Shown one piece after another: positions 39,050 through 52,326 of a stretch of 64,000 nt of DNA. Source of the DNA: Bispira polyomma (Eukaryota). The DNA lies in the NCBI GenBank assembly GCA_965649765.1, contig OZ287756.1, positions 7,564,001 through 7,628,000 on the forward strand, given 5' to 3'. The notes beneath the pieces are model-generated. The model did not search any database, was not told the DNA's origin, and worked only from the letters and a program-made list of their open reading frames with translations. Within the stretch, counting starts at the first letter, position 1, and every line of letters starts with the position of its first letter. The translations under genes and the position numbers were made by a program.

Positions 39050-40496
39050 GTTAGTAACTCTGATGTCACTACATACAAAGCTGTCAACTTTCATGAGCCC
39101 CCATGTATTGCCCCATTGCTGTCTATCAGGTGAAACTAGGGCTTACTAGGGGAAAAAAGTATCTCAGGCTCTGATACCAAAACCAGTAAATGGATTGGAT
39201 ACGCTGCCTTCTCTGTGGCAGCATCAAACCCATGGAACTATTTACCAGCCAATATATAAGATCCGGGTTTCAAAGGCAACCTTAAGACCCATCCCTTCAC
39301 CCTCACTTACAGATACATCTTTCACCTCCACATCAGCTCCCCAATATCGAATTTGCATTGGACTACAATTTACTACCTTTTATAATATTTTTTTTATATT
39401 TCTAATGAGTTTATTTGCTGGATAATTGTTTGGTGTGGTGTCTTCAATTTCTATTTTCGGTGGCGGTAGTGATCTAGTGGTTACAACCACCTGCTTGTCA
39501 GGTACTAACCATAGGCCTGTAGTTTATTTCACCTTTAAATTTGGCCGTCGTGACATAAGCTCCAAATCCAATTCAATATCTAAAAGTTTTTAGTAACAAA
39601 ACAAAACAGAATTTCTGTGTGAATTTTTCTGCATTATTAATACATAATATAGTATATAAGGCCTTATAAAAAAAACATCATAGGTTGTGTTGTCTCAATA
39701 AGATCCTCAAAATAAGGCTAAAAATGTTATTATTTTTTAAACGTCCCAATCGCAACCGGGAAATACCTCATGCTGTGGCAAATTTTGTTGAAGTAAGGAT
39801 GTTTTTTTTTCTATTAACCGAAAGTGTTCTTGTCTTTACAACATGACAAATAATCCCCACCACACACATTAATAACATTTCCTAGCTCAGAGCACCAACC
39901 AATACAATTTGTCAAAATAGAAATCTACCTGTGGGTGATAACTTAATATAAAATGTAAAAATTCTCCAAGCTGTATTTTTTTTCTGTAGACATAACTTTT
40001 GATTCGTTTGAGAGTTGATGGTCTTATCTGTTTCATTATCTTAAAAGGAAAATATTTGGGATGATAGCAATAAAACAATAGTGTATATTTCAAAGAATTA
40101 AAAGGACGGTTTAACGCTGCTGCATTCAACATGTTTCATGAGATATGTCGATGTACATTTCACCGGTATTATAGCAAATCAGAACAGAATAGTTGGTTAA
40201 GGTTTTTAGCGCTATAAACCACTGGCATTCAGCAAGTGTACTGCCATTTTTTTTAAATACATGACAGGGTTACAATACAACTCATAACAACAAATGTGGA
40301 AGTGGCCCACTAACAATATAGTTACCAAAGCTTTATTTTAGGTTCTGTGTGGTCACTGTGGCCAAGTGGGAAGAAGTATCACCCCACCTTAACTGATTCT
40401 GTTGTTGTGCTTTCGAAGATGCCTCACATCAATAAGGTGTGTTAAAAATGCCAAATATAATACAGTAAGTCACATTTTCTTTACGTTCACCCATAG

Positions 40497-40674
40497 GGCC
40501 AGTACAGAGAAATTTGAGAGGGAAGTAAACCTAGTGGTAGACTACAATGGTACAGTCAGGTGGTATCCACACAGAATCTTCTACAGCACCTGTTCTATTG
40601 ATGTCAGGGATTTCCCTTTTGACAACCAGACCTGTCACCTGTGGTTTGGTTCCTGGACCCACAAAGTCTCGCAA
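40497..40674 (+). CDS. Cys-loop LGIC exon 4 (loop E, Cys-loop, loop B)
   Basis: CSIDVRDFPFDNQTC Cys-loop and FGSWTH. CATAG| acceptor and |GTATGC donor. Confidence 0.95.
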
Positions 40675-41504
40675 GTATGCTATGACTGATGTATTTGTTT
40701 AGTTTCTTACAAAAGCCATTGACATATATCCTGTGATAATTTTTGTTTTCAATTTTTAAAATAATTGTTAAAAAGCACACCCAGCGGAGCACATTCCTGA
40801 TCAATCTCTGCACCAAACTTCATGTGTCTATTTGGTTCAGTAGTTTTTGAAGTATAAACCTTAGGATAAACAAATAAGAGGAACATGGTCCCAAAATGTG
40901 TGTGGTAAAAAATGTAAGTAGACATGTGAAAGACCTGTGTTTTACAATGCAGAAAGTCTTGACTTGAAGTGGTGAAAGATGTTAAACCCAAGTTAAACAT
41001 AGCTAAATAGACAGATGTCTTCTGGCACTGTGCCTCTATATTATGAACCCTCCTGCTCAGACTGAGATAAATATGTGTAAGATGTTTGAAGAACCTGTTG
41101 GTCTTTACCATATTGTTTTTTGTTTTTTTTTGTTTTTTTTAGGGGGGGGGGAGACTTTTCTTACACCTCTGCAGTTGTGTGTTATAATATTTGTTACTTT
41201 CTTGAAATATATTGAATTTTCTCTCGTATTTTGCACTTTTAAATCCCCTTTTTGATTCAATATATCTTCTAATGCGTGACAACAGAATCAATAAACTATT
41301 CGACAAGTCCCCAAAACATAGCCAGGTCATCAGGAAGGATGTGGGGTGTACTTGGAGGGAACTAAGAGAGGTACTATAGTTTGGAGAGATACGTTTTCTT
41401 CTAAACACAGAAAGTGTTTCTTGTGGTCTAAGCTCAACTGGGGAACTTTTACATAACATGGGGTCAGCGATATTGAGAAAGCTGTAGATCAAGCTGTATT
41501 AGTG

Positions 41505-41546
41505 ATTAGGGTTAGGGTTAGGTTAGGGGTTAGGTTAGGGTTAGGG
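41505..41546 (+). repeat. Short interstitial (TTAGGG)n-like tract
   Basis: About seven imperfect TTAGGG/TTAGG units. Confidence 0.75.
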
Positions 41547-44500
41547 AACAGAGGAAACATAAAACCTATTTGCCCTCATGAGGTTGTTCAAAGACAGACG
41601 AGTAGTCAGGTAGGAGGGCTGTTGATAGAGACAACGTCTACGAAAGTTTGAATATTGCCATCATTAGCAGTACCATTGTTAAAGGCCGGTTGTATGCAGT
41701 TTAGAAATCCTTTTACAATATGATACATGATATACAGTTGTTGAACATCACTACAACATTCACTATGTATTAGCTTTACAAAAAGTTATGGTAGTGTCCC
41801 AACAATAGTTAGTGTTTATATAAGTCCTCAGTAATGACACAAAAAGTCAAGTTACTTGTACCAGTTTCAATGTTTTTTACACTAATTCTTTTCAGTCTCT
41901 GTGAAAGGGTTCTTTTACTAATCTACAACAGTTCCATTAAACCAAGCAGGCAGCTCTGCGTAAACAGATTGCAAATGTTCTATCGCCATTTCTATTAAAA
42001 GTTAAAGGGCATCCATTGTAGATAAAAAACATATCTAAGGCATTTCATTCTACTGGTTAATGTATTCCATGCGATAAGTTAATCCATAAGGATTTAGCCT
42101 CTCACTTATCTTGGTATTATCTTGTTTAGTGGGCAGCTGATGAAAATGACACTTAGAAGCTGTTGCTAAAGTTACAAATTGAAATAAAACACAAAGGACC
42201 TTGGCACAAGGCAAGGCCATGAATCTCCCACACTGATTTTATATTCTCTTTTATTTCCCTTTTTTATATTCTCTTTTTCCCTTATTTCAAACAATGCCTG
42301 CAAATCCAAGTCATTATTTAAACAGCAGCTTTTTCCAAACAAAAATTACACATTATATGTTGCCATTGTCAAAAGATGAAATTGCAAAATTATTTGACCA
42401 TTTTCAAAAGAAAACTTGTTCCACATTATTAAAACAGTAGATAATATGACTTGTATATATTTTAATATAAACTCCAGATGAGCAATTGTAGATGGACAGG
42501 GTTGGTTAAAGTGTGTCATAAATATTTTATAACATCTTACAAAATACATTTTAATCACGTGGTAATGTCTTAGTCTTTAATAATATAGATTGGTTTGCCA
42601 CACAAAAAGATATAAAAACATGTAAATGTAGTGGTCTCCCATTGCTCTAGCCATCATAAGGTCCTCGGTTCGACTGCCAGTAGGAAGTTGAAAGTTCTGG
42701 TGATCAGAAGGTCCACGATTTCGACTACCGGTGGGAGGGGGAGGGGTTGGTGATAAGAAGGTCCCCGCTGATTAGAAGATCCCTGGTTCAACGGTCGGTG
42801 GGGAGTTGGTCTGGTGATCAGAAGGTCTCTGGTTCATATCCTGCTAATGCTGCTATTTTTATTGGCGGGATAACATCCTTGGGCAAGATGTAAATATGCC
42901 ATTGCCTATTGATGACAATTCAGGCCTTGTGTCGGACACATATTTGGTTTTATTGGTTCGGTCGATGCACTTTTGAAGATTACCTGCCTCAATGAAGCGT
43001 GTTAAAAATATTTATATAATACAATACGGTACAAAATATATATATATAGTTGTGATAATCAACTGTGCAGAGATTAACTCCATAGAATATACAAAGCTAT
43101 TTTAATAGTGAATACCAGATGTGCTGACTCTACAGCTAGGATCACATTTCTAGACATAGAAAAGAAACTATTGCTGCTTTTAATCACATGTTTGTATCAT
43201 GCATTATTCATCCCCTATTGTGACAATGATATAAATTCATATATGATTACTTTTTTCAATCTCATTTTGTGTTGTACTCCCCCCTTCCCCCCCCCCCCCC
43301 CCCCCCCCCCCCAGTCATTAAACTTTACAAATAACCATTTCATACAGAAACATTTGACATTTACCCGGTCTATCGTTGAAAAGACAAACGTGACAATGTA
43401 AGAAACTTCTTTCTGTTTTATAATTACACTAGATTCGGTTACTGATTTTCATCTGAGAACTTATTATCACGTCTGTTTGCAAAAAATAAAGTATTCATCT
43501 TAACACTAGACCGCCTGGTGTTACAGTAAATTTTTGAGATAGAAGGACAAAACATATTTAATTACCTTTTTAACTCATTCATTTATTTGAAATAGAACGG
43601 TGTACAAGGCAGCAAACAATATACCACATTCTGTTCATTGGGATTCTAAAACAGCCAATAAAAAAATCCAAACCACCAACCAAATCACCAAATAGGTATC
43701 ATTAAGCAGACTTATTGTACAAAATACCCCATGAACCATGTAATCCCTGTTCACAATTTCCAGATTATTATGGACTAATTTAAAAAAAAAAGAAATGTTT
43801 ACAGCTCCTGTAAAAGAGTTGCTTCTAGACTTATGCTTAGTATATAGCTCTAAAGGAATTATAACCTTTACCTCTTTCAATCCCTATGTTTTTGGATAGT
43901 CGCTGACGGCATTTATTACTCCCAGAACCAGCAAATAGTCAACAACCAAAAAAGGTATCATTTTCCCCCAGTTTTGTCGCAATTGGTAATTATTAGTTAT
44001 TATTTAAGAAAAATATATATGACGCTGTTTTTGAATGCCTGAACTAGTCTCTAGTGTGTGTTTTAGTGACACCAGCTATCTGTGACCCATTTGCTTGAAA
44101 AATTTCCTTACGTTCCGAACAATAGTTTTTTCAGGGGGTCGAAAGGATTAATGCAAGATGGCAGGTTTTTGCAATATTCAAAGTTACAATTGCCCTTCGT
44201 GTTAACAATTTCGAAGTATCAATTAACATTTTTGTAACTGTAAAAGAACATGCAACAGATAACTATAATTGGTCTAAGTTTGAGACAAAGGCTTAATTAT
44301 GACCAACATTTGTTGTTGAGCATCCCACTAAGGGTAGGCTATTTGATGTGGTCAATTGAGCCAGCACACCCCTCAACACATTTAACCAATCACCCCATCT
44401 TTAGTTGTTACCAATTGAGTTTTAACAGGGTGATTTTTAAATGCACATATTTTTGTCTATTGTGCCATTAATTTCTGTTTGTGTGGTATTCACAGTGCTA

Positions 44501-47500
44501 GTTAACATTTTAGTCCATGCTGAAGTACAGTCAACCTGCACCAGTAAACTCTGAATACAAAGGCTTGATTTTTTTTTTTTTCGAAAAATATTTTTATTTA
44601 CCCTTTTTGTAAAAATGTGTGGAAAAATTCTGGGAAAGCGAAAGTACCAACCCTCCATCAGAATTATTTACATGTGCATTTCTCATACACAGTATGAGAC
44701 AAAAACATTGAATGTATAATAATCTGTCTATACATATATATTTACAAATATTAAGTATTGATATTTATAATACATAAGCAATATACTATTACTGTGTAAC
44801 CAGATATTATATTATAATACAGAGGCTTGATGATTATCATTTATCCAACACCTTAGGTTGTTAAGCCTGCCACTGGCGATAGAATCCAATGAATTACATT
44901 TTTAAGTGGTCATGTGAGAACCTGTGTATGTGCCTGTGCCTGGGAGCCCCAGGATGTGACCAAACCCAGGTCATCTGTGTTCCTTAACGAGTGCATTATC
45001 TACTAGGCCACAATGGCAGATGTTACTCCACATAGCTTTATTTAAAGTCCAGGACAAGCTTATCATGCAAATTTAATTGTAATTGTAGCTTAATTTTTAA
45101 TTCAATGAAAAAAGTGTACAGTTGCCAGGAATATATCTTTTAGAAATTAAAACAAATTAACCTTTATACATCATTGAAATTCTTCAAAGCTGAATTGATC
45201 AGAGTGGATGAGTTAAAGTAACACTTAATATCAAAGAACAGATAAATATAGGTCATGTTCTTCGATGAAAAATGGGAAGCAAAGGCCACATTGGATACTG
45301 ATCACTTTGCTTATCAACTCTAATACACAGTGGAATATTCCATCAAAAAATGCTACTGATCTGAACCAAAAATAAAACAACAAAAAATGATGTTAAATGA
45401 TGTATCATACGTGCTATGTCACAGAAATTGCATATTCTTTGTGAACATATTAACCACTAATAGACCAGCAATAAAAAATTTCTTAATTCTTTCCACTATT
45501 ACTATAGTATTTGGAATTGGTTGTATTTTGGATAATTTTCAGATAATTCAGGTAATTCAGAGTAATGGTCTGTTTGTTGCTATTTTATGAATATTCCTGG
45601 GCCAAATGAATAACCCAAGGCCCTTTATAGGTGGATAAATTTTGTCATAATACAACAAATACTTATCAATAATAGATGTATTTTGTTAATGTTTGTAAAA
45701 AAAATAGATGATCAAATGTCTCGATTGACTTCTTGTCCTTGTCAGGAGCAGAACAAAATAAAATGAAACACCAAACTAAATATGCCTTATACTCTTTTTT
45801 ACTTCAAAAAATTACTGGAATCACGTGTAATAATAACCACGATTCCATAATTCCTAATACAATTGCAATTCAAATTTTAAAAATTCCATTTTTTATGTTT
45901 GAATTATTTTGGCCTCTGCATAACATACACAAAAATGTAGAAGAGACAAAATTATAGAAGACCATTTACAGGGACAGAGTCAATCGTTTCTATTTAAGTG
46001 CCATATACTTTATCACTATTTACATTTGCAGAGAATTTTGTTAAGTTTGTCGTCAAGATCAGAAACGTTCTTAAAATCTTCTAGTGTCGCCCGCCGCTTA
46101 TATCCTGTATATACAAATTTAAACATTTCTGTGACTTGTGCGTTACAAAATGATGTTTTAAATTGGGTACATGATATGAACGGCAAGAAGATGGACCATA
46201 TATTTCCATTTCAGATAATCCTTCCATTCATTGTCCCTGTTTGGTTAGCTGTAGACGCCAGTACTGCCTTGATGAATAGGTGGATTACAAGCTGATTTTA
46301 TAGCACAAATAAATGCCTTAAACTAAAATTAATGATACATACTTTGTGAGGACAATGCCTTAAAAATTTGGAAGACATCAGTTTGGTATGGTTAATCCGG
46401 ATTTTCAGATAAAGTGAGTTCGGATAATCGATGATATATGTATATATATAAATATAAGTATAATTAAATAAAAACATTCATTGCAAGTTTGCTATGAAAA
46501 GGGATATTGTTACCTTAAAATGTCATTGTAAATAAGCTTCGAAATTATACATGTTAAGGTCATCACAATACCATTTACATCTATCTAGTTTTCCCCAAGG
46601 ACATAGACATGCCAACCATTTTCAATCAGACTTCAAAGAGACACTTGGAGGCCTGGAGGTCATTCAGATAATTTGTATGAAGGACAAATATTAATGCCTG
46701 TTCTGTCACTGACCTTACTAAAGACAGAAATGTAATAATAGATCTACCACAGTGATGTATAAACTTAAGTCTTTTCTGGCTTTATCTAAAACTTTTCTGA
46801 ATCGATGCCCCTTGTGTTATGGAAAAGTCTGCCTATTGAGATTGGATCACTAGCAACACTTTCTGGGTTTACGAATAAAAATTAAATGCTATCTCTTCAA
46901 ACTCGCTTAATCACCTTAGTTCCCTCCCTGCACACCCTATATATCCTACTGTGCTACCTGGCAATGTTTTTTTTTTTTACTTTTTGTTTGGTTAATATGT
47001 ATTCTGTTATTAGACTTTAGAAAATGCCTCACACCAATAAGGAACTTTAATACTGCAAAATACAATACACAACAATGTATATATAAATCTAGACTGGGAA
47101 TTCTGTAGCTGTGACGCAGTCCTGTTTGTTTGCAAAATGACACAAAGAAAAAGGTGTACCTTATTGACAGAATAATATGTTACTACACATAGAGCAACAC
47201 AAAATGTAGCCTTTTACAAGACTCGTGACCGAATATTCTGTCGCCAATGATGACTTTTTTACTGATGGATAGCTGATTGGCAACAGAGCGGCTTCCATTT
47301 AAAACTTAGTAAATCCAAATCGGCATATATAGAGATAGAATCTGGTTAAAATAAAATAATACCCTTACTCCTTATATATGATATAGTAGCCGATTTTCTG
47401 TTATTTCATGCCGACATGGCACATGTCAAGTAGTACAAAGTAAAAACTACAGCCACAAATATTGGCACGTAGTCCTAAATTTACAACATTTTTGTAGCAG

Positions 47501-47819
47501 TATCCGTTCTGTTCCTTTTCATGATTCCATCATCAAAATATCAGCAAGGAATCTCGATAAGTGGGACAGATTATTTGGTCTAATATAAATCTAACTTGTG
47601 CCATATTTTTGTTTCAGTCAGTTGTGTGGTGGTAGTAATACAGTTGACGAGTTAAAATCTTACCCCTGGTGTGTGTATCAGGGAAAGCTGACAGTAAACG
47701 TGCCTGAAGATATTGGTAGTTTTGCAGACTCTGCAAACCTTGTACCAAATACAACTGTTCTATTATTCTCTGTCAGTAAACTAACTGCTGGTGGTGCTAT
47801 GAATGATAATAATAATAGC

Positions 47820-50050
47820 TAAATTTATATAGTGCAAATATCAGAGTAGTATTTCTGTTCACAAGCGCTTTGGCGATGATAATGAGACAAAAAGAATATG
47901 TACATGTACAATATTTTAGATTAAATTTGCATACAATAAGCTCTTCTAAAAAGATATGACTTGATATGAATTGTTTTTTGAAAGATGTCACCAATTCACA
48001 GTTTCGTATGTCTTCAGGGAGTTTATTCCAAAGTTCTTGTGGTGCTTTTTTAAAGGGTTTGTCACCATTTCTCTTTAAGTTGGTTTTGGGGTATTGTCAG
48101 TAATGAGTCACTTGTGGAGTGAAGTGTATGTGTTCGATTATATGGAGTAAGAAGGTCAGTTTGGTATTTTGGTACCCTGCCCTTTAGGCATTTGTAAGTG
48201 ATAATAATTATAATATATCAGACTTTTTTAGCACTTATTTTCATTGTAACGAATTCTAAGGCGCAAAAAACCACAGCCAGAGTAAAAAAACATAGGTGAT
48301 AGACAGAAGGGAGTCGTCATCAATGCCTCCACCGAAAACGGAAAAGAGATTATGGAGGGAATGCATCATTGTACAGATAGGTCTTTTAACTGGGCCGGAA
48401 GGAATACAAGGGATGGAGCTGTCCTAATGTGTTGAAGCAAACTATTCCATAGGGTAGGGGCATCATTTGCAAAACTTTTATCAAAGTGAACCTTTGACCT
48501 GTGTACTTTGGACAAGGAGTAGTTTGTAGTTTGAGACAAGGAGTAGATTGTACTGAATCCTCTCTTCTTTTGGAAGCCAGTGTAATTCAGTCAACATTGG
48601 AATTACAGGGTCAAATTTTTGGCCACCTAGGATTAATTTTGCTACACAGTTCAGAACTGACTGTAATTTATTGAGCTGCTTCTTCGGACATTTGTGGAGC
48701 AGACAATTGTATAGATCTAAGCGAGAGGTTACAAAAGCATGCACTAGGATTGTGCATGCCCTTTTGGTCAGATATTTTCTAATTTTATTAAGGTTTCTTA
48801 GACGACTCCAAGCTGGTGCTGATATGTGATTAATTTGATGCTGTATACTTAGTTATGAGTCCAGATAGAGGCCAATGTTTTTCACAAAGGATTTAATCAC
48901 TATGTTTTTGGGCTTCAACATAGTTTTGTCATCATTCAGTTTTAGAAAGTTTGATGTCATCAATTTTTACACATCTTTGCAGCATCTTCCAACTCGTAAA
49001 ACTGCGTTTGTTACTGCATTTTCCTTGCCTACCTTGAAGTGAACATATAATTGGGAGGCATCCACGTAGAAGTGGGGTACCACCAAATGTGATCTAATGA
49101 CTTTGCCAACTAGCTCTGTGAAGTCACCTGGTCCCAAAATAGACCCTTGTGGAACATTCAGTTTTATGATGGCTTCCTTTGATAGCATGTTTTTCACTAG
49201 CAGTAGCTGTCTCGGTGCTGTGATATTGGCGATATACAGATTGTGATGTTTCCAGAAGGTTATGTGAATCCTTGTATGCATTTAATGTAGCTGAAACTAC
49301 TTTTTCCAGTAATTATGATGCAACTGATAGATTTCAAATGGGACGAAAAATTTTCAATTTCTCTGTATCAAGTGTTTCCTTATTTAGTAAGGGAGTCATA
49401 ACTGAACATTTAAAACACGATAGAACAATCCCTGATTTCAATGATAGGTTGATAATCCTTGCCAGTACAGTTGTAAAAGTTCTGATACCTTTTTTAACCA
49501 CACTTGACTAGGTAGGACTAGCTTTTCAATTTCCTCTTCTGTTGTTGGCACATTAAGGGTCAGAGTGGAATGTGCTGGATAATCAAACATGTGTGGGTCC
49601 TCTCCAATTTGCTCACTTAACAAAATTGATTGTATTTTGTCAATTTTTTTAATAAAGAAATTATTGAAATTTTTAAGCGGGGAGGCTTTAACACCACTTG
49701 CCACCTTTTTGTTCTTTTTCTTATGTGCTAAAGTGTTCACCATTTGAAATAATTTATTCTGATCTCCAGCCGAGTCTGCTATGATTTCAGTGAAGTATGC
49801 TTTTTTTCCTTTTTGAGATAACGCTGGTTGCTTTGTTTTTGTCATTTTTTTATGCATGGTTGGTTTTAGTGGATTTGTTGCCTTTCCATCTTCTTTCAAA
49901 TTATTGTCTTTCTGACACAATCAACTATGTTGAAAAAGCAATGTTTAGAAAACCTGAACCAAACAAAGTATATGTACACATCTATGCGCTTCCGATATAC
50001 GACGCTGATTTGCAAAAGCAATTTTTTGTATCCTTGTCTAGTTGTTCACA
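47820..50050 (-). mobile_element. Cluster of L2/CR1-type LINE fragments
   Basis: HAFVTSRLDLYN...LHWLP, NVPQGSILGP, HFYVDASQLY (cf. YADD), and KAYFTEII...QNKLF...FNNFFIKKIDKI. At least two 3' ends are present. Confidence 0.85.
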
Positions 50051-50522
50051 TGTGTCAAACTGTAAATTGTGACACATGTCTAGTGGCTTCCAAACCTGAA
50101 AAGATAGGGTAAAAATGTGAAACCAAACTGTCCAGAGTGATAATCCAATATTTTTTAGGGGTGAAAATTAGGGTCCGGGATATCACTTGTCGAAAACTGT
50201 TCCGGTTCCAGGATACCGGCTATAAAAAAACCAAATATTGCTAATCTAACGCGCCTTCGAGAACAGGAAGTAATTAAAAATAAATCAAAACAACATGTGC
50301 AATATGCCTAGAAAGCAGCAAAAAGTTGATATGTCAATAATCTACAAATATAAACCTATTCTTATGTTTCCCTGTCATATTGTCATTAAATCGCTTGAAT
50401 GTGAACAAATATTTTTGCGTCGCACTTCGCAAATCGAACATAGGATATCGGAGGCCACATACATGACATGTGTACGTGGACTAAAACTAAAATTCCCCTC
50501 TTGTTTGGTCTATATTTACCAG

Positions 50523-50784
50523 ATAGACCTGCATCTAGATATCCCAGAAGGCATAGACCTGACCACCTACCAGTCAGACTTCAAGGCGACCTCCAAGTGG
50601 GACATCACCGGTGTGCAGGCTGACCGGATGGTGGACGAGATGGCTGTGTTGACCTTTACCTTGTACCTACAGAGGAGGATGATCTTCTCCAGTTATATCC
50701 TCACCTTCCCAGTTATATTTATGTCCTTCCTCACCCTCCTTGTCTTCTGGCTGCCATCTGATCATGCAGACAAGAGTAATCTGG
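50523..50784 (+). CDS. Cys-loop LGIC exon 5 (loop F, short loop C, M1, start of M2)
   Basis: ACCAG|IDLHLDIPEGIDLTTYQSDFKATSKWDITGVQADRMVDEMAVLTFTLYLQRRMIFSSYILTFPVIFMSFLTLLVFWLPSDHADKSNLG|GTAATT. Confidence 0.93.
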
Positions 50785-52239
50785 GTAATTAAGGGTGCAT
50801 TCCACTTTTGCGACCTCAACCATCAATTTTGGGGCCGAAGTAAGCAACCTACAAATCGTACTAGTCGGAACCCGATATTTAGTAATCACTCGAGTCCACG
50901 TTGCTTTATCAACTTGCCCCTAACTCAACTAGAACTCTGGGGGACTAATGCGATCACAGCCAGTATCTTTTTGTTCTCACCAAGATAGCTGTAATGTTAT
51001 ATTGTATTATTTCTAAATCACCTTACCCATGGAAGATAAAGTTTGTAAGTGTATTTTCAGTGATTTTTAAGGATCGAAACAGCCTTGAGAACGTATTACG
51101 TCCTATCTTTATAGCTTCCATGGGGGCTCTAATTAGGCGTGCACAGGCAAGTGCTTAGTGGTCCTCTCCTGATTTAACACCTTGTGTTTTACACAGTATC
51201 GAACTTTGAATCAGAATATAATTTAAGTAATAAAATTACCTTGTGGTGGGAGATTTGTAGGTTTTGTAGCCATAAAGGTACCCAATTGAAAGTTTGGAGA
51301 AGTTTTTACTGTACAGGAAAGATAAGTAAAAGATAAGTAAATATCTAGATGTTTTAAAGTATTGTAGTGCTTGCACTTCACAAAGAAGTTATAAAAAGTG
51401 AAAGCTATAGTATCAGTAGTCTTTCAGAAATTTGCATTTTAATTAATGTCACAGTGTGTTAGAAAAAAAACTAAACATAGGCACACATTCTGCTAGATGA
51501 TGCGTCATAAAAGATTAACATTTTGAAAGCACAAATGTACGTATACATGTTTAGTAAATGCTTGCTTCCTAGAATTCTAAAATGAACCATTTTTTGACTG
51601 CGTAAGTACATGAACCACCATCCAGTGCCAGTATCTGTCACATTTTCCTAACTGAATACAGAAGTTTTAAGATAAGTATATAACAACATCCCCAAAGTTT
51701 TGTAGCTTGATATTAGATAAATATACTGACGACCGCCATTTTTAGCCACAATGTATCCGTCTGTTCTAACTAGGCTGTGATCAACCATTATTAAGCTAGT
51801 GTACTGTCCACTAGGCCATAAGCCAGTGTGCCTCATAGGTGACAAAAATTGCATTGACAGTGTTGCAATCATTTGTTGGTAATTGTCTCCATTGTTCGTG
51901 TGCAGTCACCTGGGGAAAGAAACACAACAAATGCGGCCTTCCAACGCCATCGTTGAGACAGTAAGATGACACCTAGAAGACATACATGAAATACCAAAAG
52001 AAATTTAGGACAGAAACTTTTTGCGATTACACAACATTTAATATCGCGACTTGTCACCTAACCAATTCTCCCAAGTGGGATTGGGCCATATTAGTGGTAA
52101 CAGTATCAACAATCTTGGCAATGTGTAAATTTTGTTCTCCAGCCATATTCCAACAGTACACTATATTTAATAAATTTACAGGTTATGTACATAGCCGATT
52201 TAGTTGTGTGATCATTTTATAACTATTATTAAACTCTAG

Positions 52240-52326
52240 GTATGACCATATTCGGTAGCCTTTTGCTACTTTTGCTGATTCTGGTGGAAGCTGCGCCCCC
52301 CACGAGTGCCGCCATTCCAAAGTTAG
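52240..52326 (+). CDS. Cys-loop LGIC exon 6 (M2 and M2-M3 loop); not in the ORF track
   Basis: CTAG|(G)MTIFGSLLLLLLILVEAAPPTSAAIPKL(G)|GTAGGA, 87 bp, phase 1 to phase 1. Confidence 0.92.

Noticed and set aside
41505-41546. Telomere
   Set aside because: Only about seven imperfect units, inside an intron. It is interstitial or repeat-derived.
43108-43401. Polyproline-containing ORF
   Set aside because: Produced by a poly-C tract, with no other coding signal.
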